From: Clostridiaceae bacterium
Lineage (GTDB): Bacteria; Bacillota; Clostridia; Saccharofermentanales; DTU023
Direction of reading: 5' to 3'
NCBI GenBank assembly: GCA_012838795.1
Contig: DUOO01000010.1
Span: 26,411 to 90,410, forward strand
DNA length: 64,000 bases
Shown: positions 19,013 through 28,350 of the stretch, one piece after another
Layout of the letters: the number at the start of each line of letters is the position of its first letter
Numbering within the stretch: position 1 is the first letter of the stretch
Program-made: the position numbers and the translations under genes
The notes under the pieces: model-generated
Databases searched by the model: none
Told to the model about the DNA's origin: nothing
Seen by the model: the letters and a program-made list of their open reading frames with translations, nothing else

Positions 19013-19131
19013 TTTTTAAGATAGATTGAGAGTATTAAAGATTTCTGTTATTCTTAACCACTGGAACAATGTATTGAGATAAATTTAAAATAATAATAAA
19101 ATAATAATTTTAAGAATTCGAGGTGAATTAG

Positions 19132-19380
19132 GTGGAGAGCTCAATATTTATCAAAGTAGGAGATTCAAGCGTTATTTCATTACAGCGTTTAATTGCGATT
19201 GTTGATGCCGACTCGGCTCCGATTCGCAGAATGATTCAAGAAGCACGCGAACGTGGAACTTTGATCGATACGACTTATGGTAAGAAGAATCTCTCTGTTT
19301 TGATTATGGATAGTGACCATGTAATTTTATCTTCGCGAACAGTCGAACAGTTGAATACGATTATTGAAGCTGCTTTATGA
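19132..19380 (+). CDS. remA: RemA/DUF370 family regulator
   Basis: The signature RLIAIVDADSAPIRRMIQEARERGTLIDTTYGKK..DSDHVILSS is present. GTG start with GAGGTG RBS. Confidence 0.8.
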   Translation: MESSIFIKVGDSSVISLQRLIAIVDADSAPIRRMIQEARERGTLIDTTYGKKNLSVLIMDSDHVILSSRTVEQLNTIIEAAL

Positions 19381-20009
19381 TGGATAATATAAAGGATAAT
19401 ATAATGAAGCAAGGCAAAATATTATGTGTATCCGGACCTTCAGGTGTAGGAAAAGGTACGGTTATCAGCAAATTGATGGAAAAACGTCAAGATTTTGTAT
19501 TGTCAATTTCTATGACGACTCGCAACCCGCGCGGTGAGGAAAAAGATGGGGTTGATTATTATTTTTGCTCTGCAGCTGAATTTCAGGATTTGATTACTAA
19601 AAAAGAAATCTTGGAATTTGATGTTTATTCAGGAGAATATTATGGAACACCGGTAGCTCCGATTCGGGAATTTGTTAGAAACAAACAAAATGTAATTTTG
19701 GACATTACAATTGCCGGTGCTTTACAAGTGAAGAAAATATTTCCTGAAGCGCTAATGGTATTTTTATTGCCGCCGTCAATGGAGGCGCTATATGACAGAT
19801 TATTAAAAAGAGATACGGAAACCGAAGATCAGATTCAGGCCAGAATCAAACAAGCGGAAATTGAGATCTTACATGTGGAAAAATTTGAATACGCCATCTT
19901 AAATGATAAAATAGAAGACACTGTTTCAAAACTGGAAGCAATTATTATTGCTGAAGAATGTAAATATTACAATCAATCTGCAATATTAAAAAAATTTTTT
20001 GATTTATAA
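19377..20009 (+). CDS. gmk: Guanylate kinase
   Basis: P-loop SGPSGVGKGT and TTR.PR.GE motifs. The ATGA overlap with the remA stop suggests translational coupling. An alternative start at 19404 is possible. Confidence 0.9.
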   Translation: MMDNIKDNIMKQGKILCVSGPSGVGKGTVISKLMEKRQDFVLSISMTTRNPRGEEKDGVDYYFCSAAEFQDLITKKEILEFDVYSGEYYGTPVAPIREFVRNKQNVILDITIAGALQVKKIFPEALMVFLLPPSMEALYDRLLKRDTETEDQIQARIKQAEIEILHVEKFEYAILNDKIEDTVSKLEAIIIAEECKYYNQSAILKKFFDL

Positions 20010-20058
20010 TATATAAAAAGACTGATAAATAAAACTTATGTCAGGGAAGGGAAAAAAT

Positions 20059-20514
20059 ATGCTGACCGAACCATCAATAGAAGAATTATTGCCAAAAGCC
20101 GAAAATCGTTATGTTTTGGCGATGTTGACTGCTAAAAGAGCAAGACAATTAGTCGACGGAGCACAACCTATGGTTAATCAAAAAACTGACAATTTTGTTT
20201 CTTTGGCAGCAGAAGAGATTAAAGAAGATCAAGTCAAAGCTGTTAAAGGGCAGCATGATATCAAAGTGCCTTTGCGACCGGAAGTTGAAGCAGCAAGATT
20301 GAATGCTGAATTGGAAGCTGAAGCAAAACGCCGAGAAGTTCAACATGCCGAGAATAAACGTAATGCCGAACGAGTTCAAGCACGTGAAAGAGTGCTTGAA
20401 AGAGCTCAATTTGCTGAAGATGAAAAAGAAGTCAACAAGAATTTGGCTGAGCAGTTTTTGCGTTTAGTTAATGAAAATGCCGGATTCGGCAATAACGCAC
20501 AGGATGAAGATTAA
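20059..20514 (+). CDS. rpoZ: RNA polymerase omega subunit with a long charged C-terminal extension
   Basis: The omega core MLTEPSIEELL..NRYVLAMLTAKRARQL is present. GGGAAGGGA RBS favours ATG 20059. About 80 extra E/R/A-rich residues at the C-terminus. Confidence 0.8.
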   Translation: MLTEPSIEELLPKAENRYVLAMLTAKRARQLVDGAQPMVNQKTDNFVSLAAEEIKEDQVKAVKGQHDIKVPLRPEVEAARLNAELEAEAKRREVQHAENKRNAERVQARERVLERAQFAEDEKEVNKNLAEQFLRLVNENAGFGNNAQDED

Positions 20515-20561
20515 GTTGTAAAATATGTCAATCATATTAGAAAAAGGAGACTATAGATATT

Positions 20562-21950
20562 ATGAAGGCACAAGATAAATCCATGGAGACAATTGTAAAT
20601 CTGGCGAAGAATCGCGGTTTTGTCTATCCCGGTTCAGAAATTTATGGCGGCTTGGCAAATACATGGGATTATGGTCCCTATGGTGTTGAACTGAAGAATA
20701 ATATCAAAAAAGCCTGGTGGCGAAAATTTGTTACGGAAAATCCGTATAATGTAGGAATAGATGCTGCGATTTTGATGAATCCGCGTACTTGGGAAGCATC
20801 AGGTCATGTTGCCGGTTTTTCTGATCCTTTAATTGATTGCAAAGAATGTCGCAACCGTTATCGTGCGGATAATTTAATTGAAGATTTTAACAAGGAACGC
20901 GGCATTAAAGAAAGTGTTGAAGGTTTCTCCAATGAACAGTTGAGCGATTATATCGCACAGAATGAGATTCCTTGCCCGAGTTGCGGTAAAAAAGATTTTA
21001 CCAAAGTCCGTCAATTCAATCTCATGTTCAAAACATACCAGGGTGTCACCGAAGATAGTCAAGCAGAAATCTATTTAAGACCTGAAACTGCACAAGGTAT
21101 TTTTGTGAATTTCCGTAATGTTCAGAGAACTTCAAGAAAACAAATTCCTTTCGGGATTTGCCAAATTGGCAAGTCTTTTAGAAATGAAATAACTCCGGGT
21201 AATTTTATTTTCCGAACACGCGAGTTTGAGCAATTGGAATTGGAGTTTTTCTGTAAACCGGGGACCGATTTGGAATGGTTCGAATATTGGCGAAATTTCT
21301 GTATGCAATGGTTGCTTAATTTAGGAATCAAAGAAGAAGATTTACGCTTAAGAGATCATGGTCAGGAAGAATTGTCTCATTATTCCGTTGCAACGACCGA
21401 CTTTGAGTTCCGATTTCCATTCGGTTGGGGTGAATTATGGGGAATAGCCGACCGCACTGATTTTGATTTAAGACAACACATTGAGCATAGCGGCAAAAAT
21501 CTCTATTATCGTGATCCGTATACCAATGAAGAATATATTCCATATGTTGTTGAACCTTCGCTGGGTGTTGATCGAATGCTTTTGGCATTCTTATGTAATG
21601 CATATGATGAAGAAGAGCTGGAAGATGGCAGTATCAGAACAGTTTTACGCTTGCACAATGATTTGGCACCGGTGAAAATTGCCATTTTGCCTTTGTCAGG
21701 GAAATTATCCGAACAAGCGAACGAAGTATATTCAATGCTGATGAAGAAATTCACTTGTGAGTTTGATGATCGTCAATCTATCGGCAGAAGATATCGTCGC
21801 CATGATGAAATCGGAACACCTTACTGTGTGACATTTGATTTTGATTCTTCGGAAGATGAGATGGTAACGATTCGCGAACGTGACAGTATGGAACAAATCC
21901 GTATTCCGATTATAGAATTATTAAGTTATTTCAGCGAAAAACTTGATTGA
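20562..21950 (+). CDS. glyQS: Glycine--tRNA ligase (dimeric class II GlyQS)
   Basis: [31 protein letters not shown] and class II motifs. Length 462 aa. Confidence 0.95.
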   Translation: MKAQDKSMETIVNLAKNRGFVYPGSEIYGGLANTWDYGPYGVELKNNIKKAWWRKFVTENPYNVGIDAAILMNPRTWEASGHVAGFSDPLIDCKECRNRYRADNLIEDFNKERGIKESVEGFSNEQLSDYIAQNEIPCPSCGKKDFTKVRQFNLMFKTYQGVTEDSQAEIYLRPETAQGIFVNFRNVQRTSRKQIPFGICQIGKSFRNEITPGNFIFRTREFEQLELEFFCKPGTDLEWFEYWRNFCMQWLLNLGIKEEDLRLRDHGQEELSHYSVATTDFEFRFPFGWGELWGIADRTDFDLRQHIEHSGKNLYYRDPYTNEEYIPYVVEPSLGVDRMLLAFLCNAYDEEELEDGSIRTVLRLHNDLAPVKIAILPLSGKLSEQANEVYSMLMKKFTCEFDDRQSIGRRYRRHDEIGTPYCVTFDFDSSEDEMVTIRERDSMEQIRIPIIELLSYFSEKLD

Positions 21951-22235
21951 TTTTCGTTGTTGTGCAGCTTATAATACTCTCGATTGTTTCATATGGAATT
22001 TCGGTGTAACGGTTAACAAATTTTTGTTGGTACAACAATAGAAAAAAAGATAATATGTCGCAGATAACAGATAAAAATTTGACTAACATAGCTAAGAATG
22101 ATAATCTTTTTTTGTCACTGTTTTACTTATATCTTACTTTAAGAATCTGAAAAAGTGACAAATAAACATGAAATAATTAACGAATAGATTTATATATGAG
22201 AAAAAGAGTTGTAAAAAATGTAGCTTCAACTAAAA

Positions 22236-22268
22236 TAGGATTGATATTAAGGATATTAGGATTGATAT
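22236..22268 (+). promoter_or_regulatory. 12-bp perfect direct repeat (taggattgatat x2, 21-bp period) in the ppdK upstream region
   Basis: Copies at 22236-22247 and 22257-22268, two helical turns apart. Possible regulator binding sites. Confidence 0.35.
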
Positions 22269-22277
22269 ATTGATAAG

Positions 22278-22313
22278 CCGTACTACTGTGCAATGTCAGT
22301 GGTATGGTTTTTT
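22278..22313 (+). terminator. Strand-specific intrinsic terminator-like hairpin 52 nt upstream of the ppdK ATG
   Basis: An 11-bp stem ccguacuacug / cagugguaugg with two G-U pairs, so it forms only as plus-strand RNA. 8-nt loop, then TTTTTT (22308-22313). Confidence 0.55.
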
Positions 22314-22364
22314 ATATTAAAAATAGATGTATTATATAGCAATAAAAATAACGGAGGTATGTAA

Positions 22365-24986
22365 ATGCAAAAATATGTTTATATGTTCACGGAGGGTAAT
22401 GCTGCAATGCGTGAATTGCTCGGAGGTAAAGGTGCTAACTTGGCAGAAATGATCAATTTGGGCCTGCCTGTACCGGGAGGATTTACAGTTACAACTGAAG
22501 CTTGTACTCGTTATTATGCAGACGGCGAAGAAATCGCATCTGAAATTATAGAGGAAATCAAAGATTCAGTAGCAAAATTAGAGCAAACAACGGGAAAGAA
22601 TTTTGGTGATCCTGAGAATCCTTTATTGGTTTCAGTACGTTCAGGTGCCAGAGCATCAATGCCGGGCATGATGGATACAGTTTTAAACTTAGGTTTAAAC
22701 GATGAAGTCGTTGACGGATTAACTAAACTGTTCGATAACAGAAGATTTGCTTTAGACAGCTACCGTCGTTTCATAATGATGTTCAGTGACGTTGTTATGG
22801 AAATTGACAAAGCCAACTTTGAAAGAGTATTTGATGCTGCAAAAGAAGCCCAAGATATTGAGCTTGATACAGATTTGACAGCGGATGACTTAGAAAAAAT
22901 AGTTGCAGAATATAAAGTAATTTATAAAGAACAAACAGGCGATGATTTCCCGACAGATCCGTTTGAACAATTAATTTTAGCTGTTACGGCAGTTTTCCGT
23001 TCTTGGAATAATGACAGAGCGATCTACTACCGCCGTATGAATAATATCCCTGCAGAATGGGGTACAGCCGTTAACGTACAAGAAATGGTTTACGGCAACA
23101 TGGATGATACATGCGGCACCGGTGTTGCTTTCACCAGAGATCCTGCTACCGGTGAAAATGTTCTGTACGGTGAATACTTAATGAATGCTCAAGGTGAAGA
23201 TGTTGTTGCCGGAGTACGCACACCTGAACCGATTTCTCATTTAGAGGACCAATCAAAAGAATTATATGATCAATTTGAAGAAATTGGTGAGATTTTAGAA
23301 AAACACTATGGCGATATGCAAGATCTCGAGTTCACAATTGAACGCGGTAAACTATTTATCTTACAAACCAGAAATGGTAAACGTACAGCCCAAGCTGCAT
23401 TGCGCATCGCTGTGGAAATGGCGGAAGAAGGTTTAATTTCCAAAGAAAAAGCTTTGATGACAATTGATCCGACTCAACTTAATGCTTTATTGCATCCGCA
23501 ATTTGACCAAGCAAAATTAGCTGCTGCCGAACCGATTGCCAAAGGCTTGCCGGCTTCACCGGGTGCAGCAACGGGTACCATTGTTTTCACAGCTCAACAA
23601 GCAAGTCAAGAAGCTGAAAAAGGCAAGAGTGTAATTTTAGTTCGTGATGAAACCTCCGCTGAAGATATTGAAGGAATGCATGCTGCTCAAGGTATCCTGA
23701 CAGTTCGTGGCGGCATGACATCTCATGCAGCTGTTGTAGCTCGTGGTATGGGTACTTGCTGTGTGGCCGGTTGCAGCGCTGTTTCTATTGACGAAGAAGC
23801 AGGCACAATGACTGTTGAAGGCGTAACATACAAAGAAGGTGACCCAATTTCATTAGACGGCTCAACCGGTTTTGTTTATGCCGGCAAAATTGACACTGTT
23901 AAAGCTGAAATTACTGACCATATGAAAACCATCATGGACTGGGTTGATGAAATCAGAGTATTAAAAGTCAGAACAAATGCCGATTCACCTGAAGATTCAC
24001 AAACTGCGATCGATTTAGGTGCCGAAGGAATCGGTTTAACCCGCACCGAGCATATGTTCTTTGCTGCAGACCGTATTTTACCTTTCCGCCGCATGATTGT
24101 TGCCGATACTGAGGAAGAAAGAAGGACTGCTTTAGATGAAATCTTACCGGTTCAACAAGCTGATTTTGAGGGTATCTTTGAAGTAATGGTAGGTAAACCG
24201 GTAACAATTCGTTTATTAGACCCGCCTCTCCATGAGTTCTTACCTACAGAAGATGAAGAAATTAAAGAATTAGCAAATGATCTGGGCATTAAAGTTGATG
24301 ATCTGAAAGTAAAAATGCACAACTTAGAAGAAATCAATCCGATGCTCGGACACAGAGGTTGTCGTTTGGCTATTTCATATCCGGAGATTGCTGAAATGCA
24401 AACAGCTGCGATTATCGGCGCTGCTTTAGCGAAAACCACCGATGCCGAACCGATTGTTCCGGAAATCATGGTGCCGTTGGTAGGTGATGTTAAAGAATTT
24501 GAATTCTTGAAAGAAGTCATTACTAAGACTGCTGATAAACTGATTGCTGAAAGTGGTAAAAAATTAGAATATCACGTAGGTACGATGATTGAGATCCCAA
24601 GAGCTGCTTTAACATCAGGCAAGATCGCTTTAGAAGCAGATTTCTTCAGCTATGGTACAAATGACTTAACCCAAATGTCATATGGTTTATCCCGTGACGA
24701 TGCAGGCAAGATTCTGGATACTTACATTCATCGCGGCATCTATGATTCAGATCCGACAGCTCATTTAGACATTGAGGGTGTCGGTCGTTTGATGACAATT
24801 TCCTCAACTGAAGGTCGCAAGGCTAAACCTGAAATAAGTTTAGGAATCTGTGGTGAACATGGCGGTGATCCCGGTGCGGTAGAATTCTGCCACAGCTTGA
24901 ACTTCGATTATGTTTCCTGCTCACCGTATCGTGTACCGATTGCAAAATTAGCAGCTGCTCAAGCTCAAATTAAGAATCCGAGATAA
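22365..24986 (+). CDS. ppdK: Pyruvate, phosphate dikinase
   Basis: N-terminus MQKYVYMFTEG..LGGKGANLAEM. Phospho-His region GGMTSHAAVVARG. PEP-utilizer C-terminal domain. Length 873 aa. Confidence 0.95.
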   Translation: MQKYVYMFTEGNAAMRELLGGKGANLAEMINLGLPVPGGFTVTTEACTRYYADGEEIASEIIEEIKDSVAKLEQTTGKNFGDPENPLLVSVRSGARASMPGMMDTVLNLGLNDEVVDGLTKLFDNRRFALDSYRRFIMMFSDVVMEIDKANFERVFDAAKEAQDIELDTDLTADDLEKIVAEYKVIYKEQTGDDFPTDPFEQLILAVTAVFRSWNNDRAIYYRRMNNIPAEWGTAVNVQEMVYGNMDDTCGTGVAFTRDPATGENVLYGEYLMNAQGEDVVAGVRTPEPISHLEDQSKELYDQFEEIGEILEKHYGDMQDLEFTIERGKLFILQTRNGKRTAQAALRIAVEMAEEGLISKEKALMTIDPTQLNALLHPQFDQAKLAAAEPIAKGLPASPGAATGTIVFTAQQASQEAEKGKSVILVRDETSAEDIEGMHAAQGILTVRGGMTSHAAVVARGMGTCCVAGCSAVSIDEEAGTMTVEGVTYKEGDPISLDGSTGFVYAGKIDTVKAEITDHMKTIMDWVDEIRVLKVRTNADSPEDSQTAIDLGAEGIGLTRTEHMFFAADRILPFRRMIVADTEEERRTALDEILPVQQADFEGIFEVMVGKPVTIRLLDPPLHEFLPTEDEEIKELANDLGIKVDDLKVKMHNLEEINPMLGHRGCRLAISYPEIAEMQTAAIIGAALAKTTDAEPIVPEIMVPLVGDVKEFEFLKEVITKTADKLIAESGKKLEYHVGTMIEIPRAALTSGKIALEADFFSYGTNDLTQMSYGLSRDDAGKILDTYIHRGIYDSDPTAHLDIEGVGRLMTISSTEGRKAKPEISLGICGEHGGDPGAVEFCHSLNFDYVSCSPYRVPIAKLAAAQAQIKNPR

Positions 24987-25065
24987 TTTTTAATATCACT
25001 CCGTATTTATTGTATAGACTCGAAATAAGAAACTGTTCGAGCAGATCATGAGGAGAAATAAAAAG

Positions 25066-25097
25066 ACCGCTTAGTGTTTTGTACAAGCGGTTTTTTT
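25066..25097 (+). terminator. Rho-independent terminator after ppdK
   Basis: Stem accgctt / aagcggt followed by TTTTTTT, flanked by an upstream A-tract. Confidence 0.7.
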
Positions 25098-25150
25098 ATT
25101 TCTCTGGTTATCTGTAACTCAATTTTAATATAAATAATCCATCTGAATTC

Positions 25151-25206
25151 TTGACGAACTACAACATGTATGGTAAAAATGTTAAAGGACAACTACATAT
25201 AGTACT
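25151..25206 (+). promoter_or_regulatory. nrdDG promoter with two NrdR-box-like sites
   Basis: TTGACG (25151-25156), ~17 bp, TAAAAA(T). Box 1 is ctaCaAcATgTatggt at 25159-25174 (about 10/16 to the NrdR consensus acaCwAtATaTwGtgt). Box 2 core CTACATATAG is at 25193-25202 (9/10 to the core). Box centres are ~31 bp apart. Confidence 0.5.
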
Positions 25207-25355
25207 TTCAAGTCGTCGCAAGACGTACACGGAAACAGGTGTAAATCCTGTGCGGTCCCGCCGCTGTAACGCTTATCGATTTTCACATAACCACTGAGCA
25301 TTGAGCTTGGGAAGGGTGGAAGGGGAGCGAAGCCAGAATATGTGTCTTGAAAGTT
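25203..25355 (+). promoter_or_regulatory. Cobalamin (B12) riboswitch aptamer
   Basis: Conserved strings ggaaacaGGTGtaAATCCtgtGCgGtCCCGCcgCTGTaa, CCACTG, gggAAGG and a B12-box-like gaAGCCAGaa. Closing helix P1 is actttcaag (25203-25211) / cttgaaagt (25347-25355). Confidence 0.8.
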
Positions 25356-25423
25356 ATCCGTGTCACGATGTATGACAGGAGCGGGTAAGCAATATTGCGA
25401 TTTTATTTTAAGCTGTGTCGTTT

Positions 25424-25453
25424 ATAACTCTCTTCTGTCGGAAGGGAGTTTTT
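25424..25453 (+). promoter_or_regulatory. Expression-platform hairpin sequestering the nrdD Shine-Dalgarno (also terminator-like)
   Basis: aactctcttc (25424-25433) pairs with gaagggagtt (25441-25450, containing the SD) with one mismatch. Followed by TTT and ATG 25454. Confidence 0.45.
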
Positions 25454-27763
25454 ATGTTAAAGAAAACGGGGTTGGCATACCCGAAAAATATTCTTAAGCG
25501 CGATGGCTCGTTGATGCCCTTTGATGTTTACAAAATCCGCCAAGCTATTTATAAAGCTAATCGTACAATACCCAGTGAAACGATGAACGATAATGAATTG
25601 GATATGATTACTGAGAATGTTGTGCGTAAACTTAAGGACATTGATACTCCGGGAGTAGAACAAATACAAGATATTGTTGAATTTGAGTTGATGAGTTTCG
25701 GTGTCATGCGTACTGCGAAGGCTTATGTTATCTATAGAGCAGAACATGCTAAACGCAGACAGGCAGCAAATAATCTTATGGAGAACTATAAGCAGATAAC
25801 TTTTTCCGACTCGCTCGACAGTGATTTGAAAAGAGAAAATGCCAACATCGACGGCAATACGGCAATGGGTACTATGTTGAAGTACGGCTCGGAAGGTGCA
25901 AAATCTTTTGTTGACAACTATGTTCTACCTGAAGATATGGCCCATGCACATGCTGATGGCTTGATCCATATCCATGACAAAGATTTCTACATGTTGACAG
26001 CGACATGTTGTCAAATTGACTTGCAAAAGCTTTTTAAAAACGGATTCTCAACCGGTCACGGACATTTAAGAAGTCCGCAAAGTATAGAAAGCTATGCGGC
26101 TCTTGCCTGCATCGCAATCCAAGCCAATCAAAATGAAATGCATGGTGGCCAAAGCATTCCGGATTTTGATTATGCTATGGCGGAAGGTGTGAACAAAAGT
26201 TTCCGCAAACATCTTACTGACGTGCGAAATAGTTTTGAGGATTTAACAAGTACTCTAAATTCTTCCTTTTCCGGTATGGAAAATTTGCAAAATATAGATA
26301 CTGAACTGCTGAAAAACTTGGAAAACAAAAGCTATGATGATTTATTGGCTATAATGGCAGAACTTGAAGCAGGGAAAGCAGAGTACGTATTACTGGATAT
26401 TGTTAATAAACGCACAATTCGCAGCACGAATCAGGCGATGCAGGCATTAATTCATAATTTGAATACAATGAACTCGAGAGCGGGAGCACAAGTTCCTTTC
26501 AGTTCACTTAATTACGGAACGGATACTTCAGAGTCAGGTCGTCTGGTGATTCGCGAATTGTTACGTGCAACCTGGGATGGCTTGGGCAGAGGAGAAACGG
26601 CAATTTTTCCCGTGCAGATATTTAAGGTAAAGGACGGTATAAACACTCGACCGGGTGATAAGAACTACGATCTGTTTCAGCTTGCGATCAAAGTTTCTGC
26701 AAGAAGATTATTTCCTAATTTCAGTTTTCTTGATGCTCCTTATAATCTTGCTTTTTATAAAGAAGGTGACAGCAATTCCGAGGTAGCTTATATGGGTTGT
26801 CGAACAAGAGTTATCAGTAATGCTTATGACCCGAATCACGAGTGTACCAAGGGCAGAGGCAATTTAAGCTTTACTTCGATTAATTTGGTACGACTCGGTA
26901 TTGAGGCAAGAGGTGATTTGGAGAAATTTTATCAAAGTCTTGATGAAACGATGGAGCTGGTTTTTCGACAGTTAAGACAGCGTTTTGAAATCCAACGCAG
27001 AAAAAAAGCCAAGAATTATCCTTTCTTAATGGGACAGGGATTATGGTTGGGATCTGAATACTTGGAAGAAGATGATGAACTAACTGAAATTTGGAAACAC
27101 GGTACACTTTCAATCGGTTTCATCGGTCTGGCGGAGTGTCTTGTTGCTTTGACCGGAAGTCATCATGGCGAATCCGGCGAAAGTCAAAAACTGGGTCTTG
27201 AAATTATCACTTACATGCGTAAAAAATGTGATGAGCGCACGCAAGCAGAACTGTTAAATTACACATTACTGGCTACACCGGCAGAAGGGCTCTCCGGTCG
27301 TTTTGTAAAACTTGACCGGGAACGTTTCGAAAATCTCCCCGGAATTACTGATCGTGATTATTATACAAATTCATTCCATATTCCCGTCTACTTCCCTATT
27401 GCGGCAACTAAGAAAATTGATCTTGAAGCTCCATATCACGCTCTGACCAATGCCGGTCATATCTCTTATATTGAGATGGACGGTGATCCGCTGCAGAATC
27501 TGGAAGCATTCGAAAAATTGATTATTTATATGAAAGAGAGAGAAATAGGGTACGGTTCTATCAATCATCCTGTTGATCATGATCCGCTTTGCGGTTATAG
27601 CGGTATTATCGAAGATGTATGCCCCGGTTGCGGAAGAAAAGAGAGCGAAGGTCCGCGTTTTCACCGCATACGACGCATCACGGGATATCTGGTAGGAACT
27701 ATTGATCGCTTCAATGATGCCAAAAAGAAGGAGTTGTTTGATCGTGAAAAGCATTCCATATAG
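25454..27763 (+). CDS. nrdD: Anaerobic ribonucleoside-triphosphate reductase (class III)
   Basis: ATP-cone N-terminus (KRDGSLMPFDVYKIRQAI). C-terminal Zn-ribbon CPGCG and the glycyl-radical motif RIRRITGYL. ATG 25454 is preceded by GGAAGGGAG. Confidence 0.95.
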   Translation: MLKKTGLAYPKNILKRDGSLMPFDVYKIRQAIYKANRTIPSETMNDNELDMITENVVRKLKDIDTPGVEQIQDIVEFELMSFGVMRTAKAYVIYRAEHAKRRQAANNLMENYKQITFSDSLDSDLKRENANIDGNTAMGTMLKYGSEGAKSFVDNYVLPEDMAHAHADGLIHIHDKDFYMLTATCCQIDLQKLFKNGFSTGHGHLRSPQSIESYAALACIAIQANQNEMHGGQSIPDFDYAMAEGVNKSFRKHLTDVRNSFEDLTSTLNSSFSGMENLQNIDTELLKNLENKSYDDLLAIMAELEAGKAEYVLLDIVNKRTIRSTNQAMQALIHNLNTMNSRAGAQVPFSSLNYGTDTSESGRLVIRELLRATWDGLGRGETAIFPVQIFKVKDGINTRPGDKNYDLFQLAIKVSARRLFPNFSFLDAPYNLAFYKEGDSNSEVAYMGCRTRVISNAYDPNHECTKGRGNLSFTSINLVRLGIEARGDLEKFYQSLDETMELVFRQLRQRFEIQRRKKAKNYPFLMGQGLWLGSEYLEEDDELTEIWKHGTLSIGFIGLAECLVALTGSHHGESGESQKLGLEIITYMRKKCDERTQAELLNYTLLATPAEGLSGRFVKLDRERFENLPGITDRDYYTNSFHIPVYFPIAATKKIDLEAPYHALTNAGHISYIEMDGDPLQNLEAFEKLIIYMKEREIGYGSINHPVDHDPLCGYSGIIEDVCPGCGRKESEGPRFHRIRRITGYLVGTIDRFNDAKKKELFDREKHSI

Positions 27764-28304
27764 ACATACTGAAGATAAACATTTGGAAGGTGAATTTCTA
27801 CATATTGCCGGTTTGGAAAAAAACTCTGTTGTTGATGGACCGGGGATTAGAATGGTGATATTTGCACAAGGTTGTCCTCACCGTTGTCCCGGTTGCCATA
27901 ATCCGGAAACTCATTTGACTATCGGCGGTAAACTTCGAACTGTAGAAGAGCTGATCTTAAATTATGAGGAAAGTGCTTTGTTGCGGGGAGTTACACTATC
28001 CGGCGGTGAGCCGTTTTTACAAGCAAAAGCTTTTTCCTGTTTAGCCAAAGCCATACAAGATAGAGGTGGTGATGTAATAACATATACCGGATATTATTTT
28101 GAGAATCTGCAGAAAATGAATGATCAGGATGTGGACGCTCTTCTATTATCTACAGACTTACTAATAGATGGGCCCTTCATAAAGAAACTAAAAACTTTGG
28201 CGTTGCCTTTTCGCGGTTCCCGTAATCAACGGTTGATTCCTTTAAGCGAAGCAGGACAAAAGCTTTATCAAAGTATAGAATTGGCACAAGTAGCACGTTT
28301 TTAA
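27744..28304 (+). CDS. nrdG: Anaerobic RNR activating protein (radical SAM)
   Basis: VVDGPGIRMVIFAQGCPHRCPGCHNPETH cluster motif. GTG 27744 (or TTG 27738) follows GAAGGAG (27727-27733) and overlaps the nrdD end. Confidence 0.85.
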   Translation: MKSIPYRHTEDKHLEGEFLHIAGLEKNSVVDGPGIRMVIFAQGCPHRCPGCHNPETHLTIGGKLRTVEELILNYEESALLRGVTLSGGEPFLQAKAFSCLAKAIQDRGGDVITYTGYYFENLQKMNDQDVDALLLSTDLLIDGPFIKKLKTLALPFRGSRNQRLIPLSEAGQKLYQSIELAQVARF

Positions 28305-28350
28305 TTTGGCACTTGATTGAGTATCAATATAATTGTTATCATTTAACATT

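Noticed and set aside
20515-20561. T-box leader upstream of glyQS
   Set aside because: The intergenic gap is only 47 nt and contains no T-box sequence or terminator. glyQS appears to be co-transcribed with rpoZ here.
24152-24520. 122-aa antisense ORF inside ppdK, and similar ones inside nrdD (27371-27754) and upstream of or within glxK (37688-38041)
   Set aside because: They overlap strongly supported conserved genes on the opposite strand and contain no motifs. Typical antisense open frames in AT-rich DNA.
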